From contig CAXHJY010001157.1 of assembly GCA_964016885.1 (NCBI GenBank), forward strand, positions 90,250-154,249: a stretch of DNA of 64,000 nt, written 5' to 3'. Every line of letters starts with the position of its first letter. Within the stretch, counting starts at the first letter, position 1. This DNA comes from Eledone cirrhosa (lineage: Eukaryota). A model generated the notes under the pieces. It had not been told where the DNA came from. It ran no database searches and saw only the letters and a list, made by a program, of their open reading frames with translations. Shown here piece after piece: positions 1 to 10,087 of the stretch. The position numbers were made by a program, and so were the translations under genes.

Positions 1-29
1 ATCAACAGAAGCAACAATAAAAACTAATA

Positions 30-222
30 ATAATTGTTTCTACTTTTGGCACAAGGCCAGCAATTATCCCAGTGTATTACTAGTACTTTATTTTATCGAA
101 CCCGTAAGGATGAAAAGCAAAGTTAACCTCGGCGGGATTTGAACTCAGATCGTAAAGGGACGTAATGTGCTGCAAAGCATGGCGTCCGACCCTCTACCAA
201 TACTGCCAATCCACCGCCCTTA
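30..222 (-). mobile_element. tRNA-derived SINE with Nin/Deu-like central domain
   Basis: Minus strand has A-box TGGCAGTATTGG, B-box GAGTTCAAATCC and the CTTTTCATCCTTACGGGTTCGATAAAATAAAGTAC domain. Related copies at ~5700-5920(+), ~8455-8600(+), ~17640-17815(-), 20483-20665(-), 37340-37512(-) and 45380-45488(+). Confidence 0.85.
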
Positions 223-444
223 TAAAAACTAATAATAATATTAATAATTTAGCTGTGTGTATCTGGTTTTGAATAGGTACACCATCTAACTGGGTAAGCC
301 ATAGTAAAGGCAACCTGACTTGGAGAGCAGTCACTTTCAATAAAATCTGATAACATGGCAGAGAGGGTTCTTGAGTCCTGACAGATAACCTCTCTAGAGC
401 TGGTTACACTATAAAATACATTCAGTGGTTGGTGATAGAAAGCC

Positions 445-476
<32 letters not shown>

Positions 477-594
477 AACACAATTAGCAAAATTTATAAT
501 ATAAACACTAATTGCTCTATGACCTGTCTATACAAACATAGAAAAGCAGATGTGATGATTATCGTGATGGTGATGACATAATTGTGAAGCTTAC

Positions 595-728
595 CCATCT
601 GAAACTGCGCATGATCCCTAAGGACCACCATATAAGTCTGGTATTGTTCATCTGGTCGATGAGAGGGATAGATGACTGGACAGGTTTCAAACAGACTATC
701 AGATAAGCTATCATCACCATGGGTCCAG
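595..728 (-). CDS. PCNX4: Pecanex-like protein 4, coding exon 4 (gene continues beyond the window start)
   Basis: Acceptor tttcag at 729-730 accepts phase 1 (G+CT = Ala). Encodes AGPMVMIAYLIVCL...LGIMRSFRW and ends at TGG|GTAAGC (phase 0). RSFRW resembles the pecanex RAFRxVWQ motif. Confidence 0.85.
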
Positions 729-1046
729 CTGAAATGAATGGGTACATGGTGTTAATAAGGGTATGAGAAGATTAAGATGAGCTTGAAGGATATACACATA
801 CTATAAATAGAACATACATACACAGACATACTATACATAGAATATGCACACACACACACTATATCTAGAACATACATACACATACTACATATAGAACATA
901 CTCTGTGTCGTTTGCTTTGTTATTTCTGTTTACCTTTCGCATACTTATATATATATATATATATATATATCAGATAGGGTGTGGTAAAAAACCAGGTGGA
1001 CCATAACCCACCAGAGTACTCAATATTTGGGGTAGTAGAGTGGGTA

Positions 1047-1200
1047 ATATGAAAAGATTCAGGACCCCGACAGCTGAGCTCCGACTGTTTCGACAGCTAG
1101 ATCTGAACTAAAGTGCCAGTATGCAAATACTGGTGCTTTAGCTCGGATCTAGCTCAAAACAGCCAAAGCTCAGACGTTGGGGTCCTGAATCTTTTCATAT
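1047..1200. repeat. Imperfect ~150-bp palindrome (fold-back)
   Basis: atatgaaaagattcaggacccc... is complementary to ...ggggtcctgaatcttttcatat. Complementarity continues to the centre (ccagtat/atactgg). Confidence 0.85.
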
Positions 1201-1208
1201 ATATATAT

Positions 1209-1473
1209 ATAAAGCAGGAAAGAAGAGTGACACGGTTTGCTATACAAAAAAGGTTTTTAATCTCATTGCTGACAATTGTTTCTCTGAACTGGTAGGTCTA
1301 GAGATTGCTACCCGCATGTTTTCATGTTATTCGATCACCAATACAAAGTTATAACCAGTCAATTTATCGGAGCTTGTGAGAATGACGTACCAGTTCAGAG
1401 AAACAATTGTCAGCAATGAGATTAAAAACCTTTTTTGTATAGCAAACCGTGTCACTCTTCTTTCCTGATTTAT
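1209..1473. repeat. Fold-back element with ~90-bp inverted arms, each containing a hammerhead 3' half
   Basis: 1209-1298 is the near-perfect reverse complement of 1384-1473. Each arm contains GAAAC-AATT-GTC-AGCAAT (1400-1417 on +). Abuts (TA)n. Confidence 0.85.
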
Positions 1474-1650
1474 CATTACTCCAAGTGTTTACAACATAGG
1501 AATTACCGCGTACTCGCAGCATCACTATGGAAACGCCTTGTTGAGTCAAACTTAGTCAAGCGTTGATATCATCCACTACCCGGAGTACCATAACTGGACT
1601 ACCTATAACAATAATTTGTTACCCCGTATATATATATATATACAATTATA

Positions 1651-2582
1651 CAATACATAAACAGAGAAAGCCTTAAGCGATACTCCGACCAACTCCATCT
1701 CACTCAACAAACATTAGGATATACTTAAGTATTATCCCAATTTAGTGTTTGGGGTGCTAACTAATAAGTATTTCATGGATAGCTGCTTGTATTATTTTAT
1801 ATGAGACATTATTAAATAAATATCTCTTTCCTTCCAGACGGCCGTTTCGTTATAAGATTTCTACAATTTGGGATAAATAATTTCCAGGTTATGTAGAAGC
1901 TTGTATATAATCCAAGCGGGCTCTTATAAACTCATCAGTTGATGCCCAAATAATATCGATATAAGAATTATATCGACATTAATAGAATGGTGATGGTCTC
2001 TGTCAGCGCTAAGAAGAGACTGGTAGATTAGAAAATCCAGCAGTCCTCCCAAAGAAAAAATACACGCTGTCCCCAAAAGGGTAAAGGGAGGTCATCTTAA
2101 AATAAAACAATATACATGCTGGTCATTTAAACCTGTTAGGTATTAACCACGTGTATAAGAACTCAATTGGAAATTAAAAGAATAACCATATGTATACACA
2201 ACCAATGCACACAGAGATATTAAAACGTAATAAATACATGTATGGATCACCCATATACACTCATAGCCATTCTCTAAGGCTAAATCAGACATGGGATACA
2301 AGGAAAATTAATCAGTATTTCATATAAAAAATAATAATAATAAAGAGAGTCATACCTTATATCTGGAAATCATATCAGGCCCCCAAGAGTATATATTCAA
2401 TACATAAACAGAGAAAGCCTTAAGCGATACTCTGACCAACTCCATCTCACTCAACAAACATTAGGATATACTTAAGTATTATCCCAATTTAGTGTTTGGG
2501 GTGCTAACTAATCAGTATTTTGTGGATAGCTGTTGTATTATTTTATATGAGACATTATTAAATAAATATCTCTTTATTTCCA
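1651..2582 (-). mobile_element. Retrozyme-like non-autonomous element: ~746-nt monomer plus ~185-bp terminal direct repeat, flanked by (TA)n
   Basis: Direct repeats at 1651-1836 and 2398-2582. The hammerhead lies immediately 5' (minus strand) of the downstream repeat copy. No ORF in the supplied track. (TA)n on both sides. Confidence 0.7.
1833..1942 (-). ncRNA. Type I hammerhead ribozyme motif with branched (three-way) stem II
   Basis: Minus strand reads UCAA-CUGAUGA-G(U)UUAUAAGA-[two hairpins]-UCUUAUAAC-GAAAC-GGCC-GUC^UGGA. All core nucleotides are intact. Stem III is palindromic (ACGGCCGU). Stem I has one A.G mismatch. Confidence 0.7.
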
Positions 2583-2732
2583 TATATATATAAATATATA
2601 TATGAATGTATATATAGTGTATTTTGCAATACACTGTATGCTTCATTAAAAGCATTTCGAAGACCTTATGCTATTGTTTTAGAGTAGTGACAGTCTCACT
2701 TACTTTAATTTTCAGCAAACAGGGGCAGATAA

Positions 2733-2777
2733 AGCTGACAGAGCTATGTTTCGTACTGATTGGTACTTATCAAAGCC
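2733..2777 (-). ncRNA. Degenerate type I hammerhead ribozyme
   Basis: Minus strand reads GGCU-UUGAUAA-GUAC-CAAUCA-GUAC-GAAAC-AUAGCUCU-GUC-AGCU. Stems I, II and III pair, but the core box has two substitutions relative to CUGAUGA. Confidence 0.55.
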
Positions 2778-3041
2778 AAGTACCCCACTTGTTTGCTGAA
2801 AATCCTGAATGTTTGATTCTTATAGAATTTCTAGTAATAATCAGGAACTGATTATACAGAGCGGTTGCCGGTCAAGCAGAAATTGAAAATTAGAATTGGC
2901 GCTCTGTTATTACATTGAGCTATTTATCTTACTGGTAATAAGGTAGTAATAAATTACTGTCTTTCACTATTTAGGGTTTAAAATATATATAACTATAAAA
3001 GGTTTTAGTATATACATAACCATAAATAGTATCCTTAATAC

Positions 3042-3101
<60 letters not shown>

Positions 3102-3156
3102 AATATATATAAATATATATATAAATATATATATATATAAATATATATATAAATAT

Positions 3157-3190
<34 letters not shown>

Positions 3191-3191
<1 letters not shown>

Positions 3192-4557
3192 GTTTTGCGA
3201 GGTTTTTTATATGAAATCGTGTGTCGAAACAAATATTGTTATACTTGGGGAGGGTCATATTTGTGTAATATTGCCAGAATTAATAACAGAACACACTCAC
3301 TGTTTGGTTGGTTTTCGCTTCTCGCTGTCTTTTATATCGGTAATCTAACTTACTCGGTCCTCAATGTTGCCATTGACTGACCGACGGTCAAAAATAATAC
3401 AGATACAATATAGACACAAACACATATATATAGTTTATCATAAATCTTTCGTTGCACATCTGCAACATCGTCAGTGGTGTTATATTTTCCTCCTGTTGTG
3501 TTGTATGTCTACGCCATTTTTATTCAGTCTGTCTATATATTTATTTATTTATTTGCTTGTTTGTTTATTTTATTTTGTCTTCTTTGCGCATGCGTTTGCG
3601 TGTGTGTATAGTGTTATGTTTGCTGGTGATGGGTGACTAGTGTGTGTTTATGTGCTTGTTGTTATTGCGCTTGTGTATGTATTTATTTATTTATCTTATT
3701 TTATTTACTTATTTATACTTCTCTTAGGTCAGTGTTGTTTGTTTGGGTGTTGTTGTTATTCCATTCATTCTTTCTGTTTAGATATGGTCTTCTAATTTCT
3801 ATTTTACTGGCCTCTCTGATTTGCCTATATGCTGGGTCATTTCTATGTTTAGATATTATTCTAATTTCTATGTTGTCTATGTTACCGTCATGTTGTTGTC
3901 TAGCATGTTCATATAGTACTGACCCGTTTTTTCGTCCTTTTAGTTCCCCCCAGTGTTGGTCTATCCTTTCACCTATCTATGCTACGAGCTGTCTCACCTA
4001 TGTATGTTGTTGTCATGTTTCTGCAAGTACCCTCTGTACATCTTATTCTATAGACTACGTTTCTAGTTTTACAGTTTATCCGGGGGTTCACCTTACATAT
4101 GATACATTTCCTATTGGTACAGTGGGTTTTCTTAAAAGGGTAGGTTTTGCTGATCAGGGATTTTATGGTGGTTCCTGGCTTTTCTACCACCTTTATTTTT
4201 AAGTGGGTCTTTCTCAGGGCCTTTCTACACTGGTTAGCTAATTTCCCTCCAGGGGTGGCGTCCACAAACATGACACTCTGGTATCTCTGGTTGTCGTACC
4301 ATGAGGTGGCTTTCCCTATCTTATGTCTAGCCCTATCTAAGCTATTCCATGATTTGCTCCTGTATAATGGGCAAATTCCTTTCATGTCCAGTTCTATGAG
4401 GGTCTTATACTTTTCCATGGCTCCTTCGTATACTCTGACTTTGTCTCTTTGGTTGTAGCCAGAGAACTGCATGCGGTTGATGAAGTGTTGGATGTGTCTT
4501 TCCATTTCTGTTGGGTCGCACATGCGGGACACATTCTTCATCACTCGTACCAAATCA
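3191..4557 (-). mobile_element. Penelope-like retroelement (Naiad-type, GIY-YIG), 5'-truncated copy 1
   Basis: ORF 3969-4553 has a Cys-rich linker and GIY-YIG motif (NVVYRIRC...YIGETARS), broken by a 4-bp duplication. Closely similar to 48551-49917. 3' end joins (TA)n. Confidence 0.9.
3433..3482 (-). ncRNA. Hammerhead-like motif in the Penelope 3' pseudo-LTR (copy 1)
   Basis: CUGACGA-U-GUUGCA-GAUG-UGCAAC-GAAAGAUUUA. Stem II is perfect; stem I pairing is weak. The same motif occurs at ~48812-48860. Confidence 0.5.
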
Positions 4558-4758
4558 GATTCTGTCTACAAAATTTCTCTCACAAGGCATTGATCAGCCA
4601 AAGGCTATATTTGAAGATATATCAGGCTAAAGTACAACAGGATTGAACCCGAAGTAATGTGGTTGTAAAGCAAACTTCTTAACATAACCATAACATAACC
4701 ATAACATATAAAGAACAAAACACAAAAAATATTTAAAAAAAACTTTCTCTGTACTGAC

Positions 4759-5609
4759 CCCATTTTATGATGCACTTCCTGAGGAAACCGAAAACCTTGA
4801 GGATGCTCTTTCGTCGCTGGTAAACACTGACACGGTGCACAGTGTGAGGATAAAGAGGATTACGCCACAGTCCAAACACCACATACACCCTCTGGATATC
4901 TTGTAGTACCTTCTCCACAATACAAAAGCCAACAGTGATGTAACCGAGAGAGTACCAGGCCAGCTCGGTACTCAGAGCATAATCAAAGAAATAGAGTACT
5001 CCAGACTCCAGGATGACACACAAAGTCATCAATGTGTGGTACAACACTTCTCGGTAACCCCAACTCCACATGAATCCCTGGCTGTAGCCATTGATCCAAC
5101 TGTCACTAGTAGCGTTGCCACTACTGCCACCACCAATGATGCCTACACCACAACCGACCATGCTCCCACCACTACCGCCGCTGCCACCACCACACCTGCC
5201 AACACTGCTACCACCAAAACCACCACCACCACCACCACCAAAACCACAACCACCTTGTGCTCCACTTGAAGCAACATGAGTGAATTTGTCTTTCATGAGA
5301 TTCGCTTTGTTGTTGTTGTGGATGCTGTTATTATTGTTGTTGTTGCTGCTGCTGTTGTTGCCGCCGCTATTGTTGCTACTGCAACTGCTGTTGCTGCTGT
5401 GGTGGCTATTGGTGGTGCTGGAAGGAAAGGTGGTTGGTGAAGAAGGCGACGAGGCAATGAGGTGCTGGACAAGCTGGGTACCAAGTCCTCCCAAGTCCAA
5501 GCTGAGCAGATAGCCGAAACCAGCAGCTATCACAATGGATCCCAGCATGACAGGCATGTAGAGAACAACCAGGTAGATACACACAGACAGAGCCAACATC
5601 AAACACGAC
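4759..5609 (-). CDS. PCNX4: Pecanex-like protein 4, coding exon 3 (contains a long N/S/G low-complexity insertion)
   Basis: Acceptor after a polypyrimidine tract at 5610-5611 gives R|SCLMLALSV in phase. Includes GYLLSLDLGGL and VYVVFGLWRNPLYP. Donor TGG G|GTCAGT at 4758, phase 1. Confidence 0.88.
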
Positions 5610-6525
5610 CTGAAGGAAGAAAAAAAAAACAAACAAAAAGTTAATAAATACACAATCACATGAATAACAAATATATATATCATCATCATTGATACATCCA
5701 TTAGAGCAGTTAGCAGTAATCAGTAGAGCTTCATACAAAATGCTTTGCAGCATTTAGTTATGGTTATTTTACATTCTGAGTTCAAATCCTGCCAAGGTTA
5801 GCCTTACCTTTCATCCTTATGGTGTTGATAAAATAAAGCACCAATTATGCATTAGGGATGATTTAATCGACTTTCCCCTCCCCAAACATTATTGGCCTTG
5901 TGTCTAAAGTAGAAACCATTATTATACATCCATGCTTGCATGGGTTGGATGGATAGTTTACAACATGAGGTGCACACCCCACAGGGAGGAGGGGGGAATT
6001 TGAATATTTAAGGGGTCATTTGAAAATGAGATTAATGAGAACAAACCTCAAGTTTTACTTTATTACTTTTACACCAAGGTAACTTTGGTGCATGTTGGGT
6101 GTAAATGGATCCTACATGGATTTCAACTGAATAGAGATAACATAAGGCAGAGAGGACTCTTCAGTCTTATCAAATAGTAGTGCCGCTATGATAAAATGCT
6201 CCCACTGTCCCCTGTAAAGTGGTTGCTCATAAGAAGGCATATAGCTGTAGAAACCATAACACAAAATGGAATCTGAGCAAGGTATGGTATCTAAACTGCT
6301 TTGTTTCAAACCATGATAACACATCCAGCCCATACCAGAATGGAAAACAGATGTAAAACAATGATGATCATCAATGAATATTCCAGTTATTTGATCGATG
6401 GGACTAACTCATTGTTTTGTAGTTTACGTGGCTGAGTATTCCATAGACAACTGTAACTTTAATGTAATCCTCAGTGTGATGCCGTGTTTCACAAGGTTGG
6501 CCCTTTAAACTACAAGTACAATCCG

Positions 6526-6561
<36 letters not shown>

Positions 6562-6966
6562 ATCAGGGCCCAAAATTTGACTACCCACATCCTTGAGGGA
6601 TGAATACAAAGGAAAAGGGCTAGGGTACAGCAGAAAAGGAGATGGACAGGAAGGAGTTTGGTGGAATGTACAGCAATGGCAAGAGACAGGAAAAGATGGA
6701 GAGTACTGGTCCCTAAGTCCATGACCCTCAGATATGAGGATGGGATGAGAGTGAGTGAGTGAATGTGTATGCACAGAACTATCTAAACATTGTATTATAA
6801 TGTAAGGGACTAAGTAGACCACAGACATTTGTACCTTTTAATATAATCCTCAATATAAGAAACATGCTGCTGGATGCAGCATGGCTGAGTGGATAAGAGG
6901 TTCGTTTCACAATCATTAGGTCCAGGGTTTGGTCCCACTGTGTCATCTTAGGCAAGTTTTACTTAA

Positions 6967-7096
6967 CCCTTTAGCATTTAAACTAGCCGTATCCGGCCAG
7001 AATTCTCTCACCTCTTTCTGCTCAAATCAGCTGTAACTGGCTGCTCATACCGATGTTAAGGTATTGTTCTCATAGAGTAATGTAAATGCTAAAGGG
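6967..7096. mobile_element. piggyBac-type MITE
   Basis: TTAA|CCCTTTAGCATTTA...TAAATGCTAAAGGG|TTAA terminal inverted repeats with TTAA target duplication. Confidence 0.85.
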
Positions 7097-7257
7097 TTAA
7101 TATAGCCTTATGTTGACCCGTTCATTGTGAGGGAAAGTGGGTTCTTGTCAGATGGATTGTACCTGTAATTCAAAGTCACAAAGTGTCATACTGAATACTC
7201 TGAAAGTCATTGTTGAAACTGGTAGCAGTCCGTTCTGACAACAACAACAGCAACAGC

Positions 7258-7292
<35 letters not shown>

Positions 7293-7339
7293 AAATAACA
7301 ATATTTGAGAAGATCAATAAATGAAGGAGGTGCTATTAC

Positions 7340-7519
7340 CTGAGGTTTGAAGCCATTGGAGATCCACCTAAGAGGAACACATGGCTTTGTTCAACCAACC
7401 AGAGGAGGCCAGCATCTATTGGTGGTAACATACCAAATGTCCAGCATAGAGGCAAGCAAGCCATGAAGATGTGAAGTATCTGGTTAGCAAGCATGAGGTC
7501 ATAAGATGAAGGATATTGT
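7340..7519 (-). CDS. PCNX4: Pecanex-like protein 4, coding exon 2
   Basis: Acceptor ttttcag at 7520-7521 and donor AG|GTAATA at 7339. The exon is 180 bp and keeps phase 2. It encodes (R)QYPSSYDLMLANQILHIFMACLPLCWTFGMLPPIDA...LLGGSPMASNLR, a pecanex transmembrane segment. Confidence 0.9.
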
Positions 7520-7588
7520 CTGAAAAATATATAAAAATACACATTTTAACCCTTTTGATTCGAACATGGCAATAACAAACTCTTTTAA

Positions 7589-7832
7589 TCCTTTAGCATT
7601 TAAACTGGCCGTATCCAGCCAGAATTCTTTCACCTCTTTCTGTTCAAACCGGTTGTACTGGCTATTCATACTTATGTTAAAGTATTGTTCTCAAAATAAA
7701 TAATTGTTTCTACTTTTAGTACAAGGCCAGCAATTATCCCAGTGTATTACTGAATATCAAGATATAATGCGAGATAAAGCCTTTACAGTGAAAATATAAT
7801 AATAAATATAGAGTAATGTAAATGCTAAAGGG
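7589..7832. mobile_element. piggyBac-type MITE with a nested SINE 3' fragment (~7702-7752)
   Basis: Same TIR family, TTAA flanks. Internal taattgtttctacttt...ggccagcaattatcccagtg matches the SINE tail at 30-85. Confidence 0.8.
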
Positions 7833-8811
7833 TTAAAGGATATATATAAGAACTATATGTTAAGTTACTATTTTAATAATGAAGTAATTAATAATTTTAT
7901 TAAATCCCTCCAAATGCTTTAGTGAATTAGTCTATTTCATGAGAAATGCAACCCTGGAAAGATGAATGAAATAATAATTCATGATAAAGATACAAGATTA
8001 TAAATTTAATTTGATTCCCCACAATGAATTGCACATGCCTTTGAGCAAGACACTTTATTTCACATTACTCCACTTTCCTCAGCCAAAAGTGAGTATCAGG
8101 AGCAGCTAAAAGTTAGCCATGCAGCGAACTGACATCCCATCCAGGGAGAAGTCTTGTACTCTCAGTCATTTAATGCCAATGAAACTAGGATAAGCTAGGG
8201 GTTTTGTCCAACCTGTGCAAGCATAGAGACACAGATGTAAAACAATAATTCTAACACCATGACAATAAATGTAATGGACTGGAAGGTGTTGGTTTAAAGA
8301 TAGAGACATCAAGTTGGGTTTTTTTCACTGTAATATTTCAAGGTATAAGGAATGGCATAGCAAGTGTCTGTTGTTTCTGATAATACAGGAACAGCATCAT
8401 TCATTAACAATTAGTATATGTAGTTGCAGTTTAATTCTAATGAGGTGAGTTGGCAGTTGTTAGAATATTGGATGGAATACTTTCAGCTATTTGTCCTGGC
8501 TCACTGTACTCTGAGTTCAAATACTACAAGGTCAACACTGTCTTTTATCCTATCGAGGTGGATAAAAAAGTACCAGTTCAGTAGTAGGGTTGATCCTTCC
8601 TCTCCATCTCTCTTTCACTTACTCTGGAAGAAATCAATTGTTTTCAGACCTGGAGAAGGATGGGCTTTGCCAAGCTGAAATACTTTATGTCATGATGGTG
8701 CTCCTATGACCCCATCAAGAGTTTAGTGCCCATGGATGGAGTTTAACTCTGTAGTGAAAGTAATTGATGGTTAAGCTAAGACGACAATAATCCTAGCCAA
8801 GATTGGTTTAA

Positions 8812-9019
8812 CCCTTTAGCATTTAAACCGGCCATATCTAGCCAGAATTCTCTCACCTCTTTCTGTTCAAACCGGCCGTAACTGGCCACTCATACTGATG
8901 TTAAGGTATTGTTCTCAAAATAAATAATATCAAAATCTCATAGATTCTATATTATGTGAGATAAAGCCTTTACTGTGAAAATACAATAGTAAATATAGAG
9001 TAATGTAAATGCTAAAGGG
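8812..9019. mobile_element. piggyBac-type MITE
   Basis: TTAA|CCCTTTAGCATTTA...TAAATGCTAAAGGG|TTAA. Further copies at 28439-28644, 36787-37002 and ~42660-42834. Confidence 0.88.
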
Positions 9020-9229
9020 TTAACTCTGTGGTGGAAGTAATTGATGGTTAGGGTAAGATGATAACAATCCTAGCAAGGATTGGTTTAAATCACCTTTGGT
9101 GGTCGTTGCATTTATCAAGAGGCTTCTCCCACATGGGTCTCCTTGAGGTCAAAAGCTAGGCTATGAAACAGGTAAAATTGGTTTACACGATTACTAGTAG
9201 CAGATTACTTGACATGATGTAGTAATTTA

Positions 9230-10000
9230 TGGCATGGTAGTGTGGTGACCTATGACCTGGTATGACGTACCTTTATGAACTGGTAGTAGGGTACCTATGA
9301 CCTAGTATGATGTTGGTACCTTATGACATGGTATAGATGTGGTACCTTATGACCTGGTATGATGTTGGTACCTTATGACCTGGTATGATGTTGGTACCTT
9401 ATGACCTGGTAAGATGTTGGTACCTTATGACCTGGTATTGATGTTGGTACCTTATGACCTGGTATTGATGTTGGTACCTTATGACCTGGTATTGATGTTG
9501 GTACATGGCATGGTAGTGTGGTGACCTATGATCTGGTATGACGTACCTTTATGAACTAGTAGTAGGGTACCTATGACCTAGTATGATGTTGGTACCTTAT
9601 GACATGGTATAGATGTGGTACCTTATGACCTGGTATGATGTTGGTACCTTATGACCTGGTATGATGTTGGTACCTTATGACCTGGTATGATGTTGGTACC
9701 TTATGACCTGGTATGATGTTGGTACCTTATGACCTGGTATGATGTTGGTACTTTATGACCTGGTATGATGTTGGTACCTTATGACCTGGTATTGATGTGG
9801 TACATGGCATGGTAGTGTGGTCACCTATGATCTGGTATGACGTACCTTTATGAACTCTTAGTAGGGTACCTATGACCTAATGACATGGTATGATTTTGGT
9901 ACCTTATGATCTGGTATGATTTTGGTACCTTATGATCTGGTATGACCTTGTACCTTATGACCTGGTATGACGGGGTACCTTAAGATCTGGTATGACGTGG
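9230..10000. repeat. ~26-bp minisatellite (TATGACCTGGTATGATGTTGGTACCT) with ~280-300-bp higher-order blocks
   Basis: Tandem units are directly visible. The variant block catggtagtgtggt(g/c)acctatga recurs at ~9233, ~9509 and ~9809. Confidence 0.92.
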
Positions 10001-10087
10001 TCAAATAATAATTCATATCTGATTCATACAACCATTGACACTACAGATACATTTAGAAATCAAATGTACAAAAGTGATTAAACTTAC

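Noticed and set aside
249-467. Possible next PCNX4 exon
   Set aside because: The translation shows no pecanex similarity (a VWQ-like start is expected), and the ORF begins in a poly-G run.
3364-4202. Hydrophobic plus-strand ORFs (also 48743-49430)
   Set aside because: Antisense to the A-rich Penelope 3' region; no independent coding signal.
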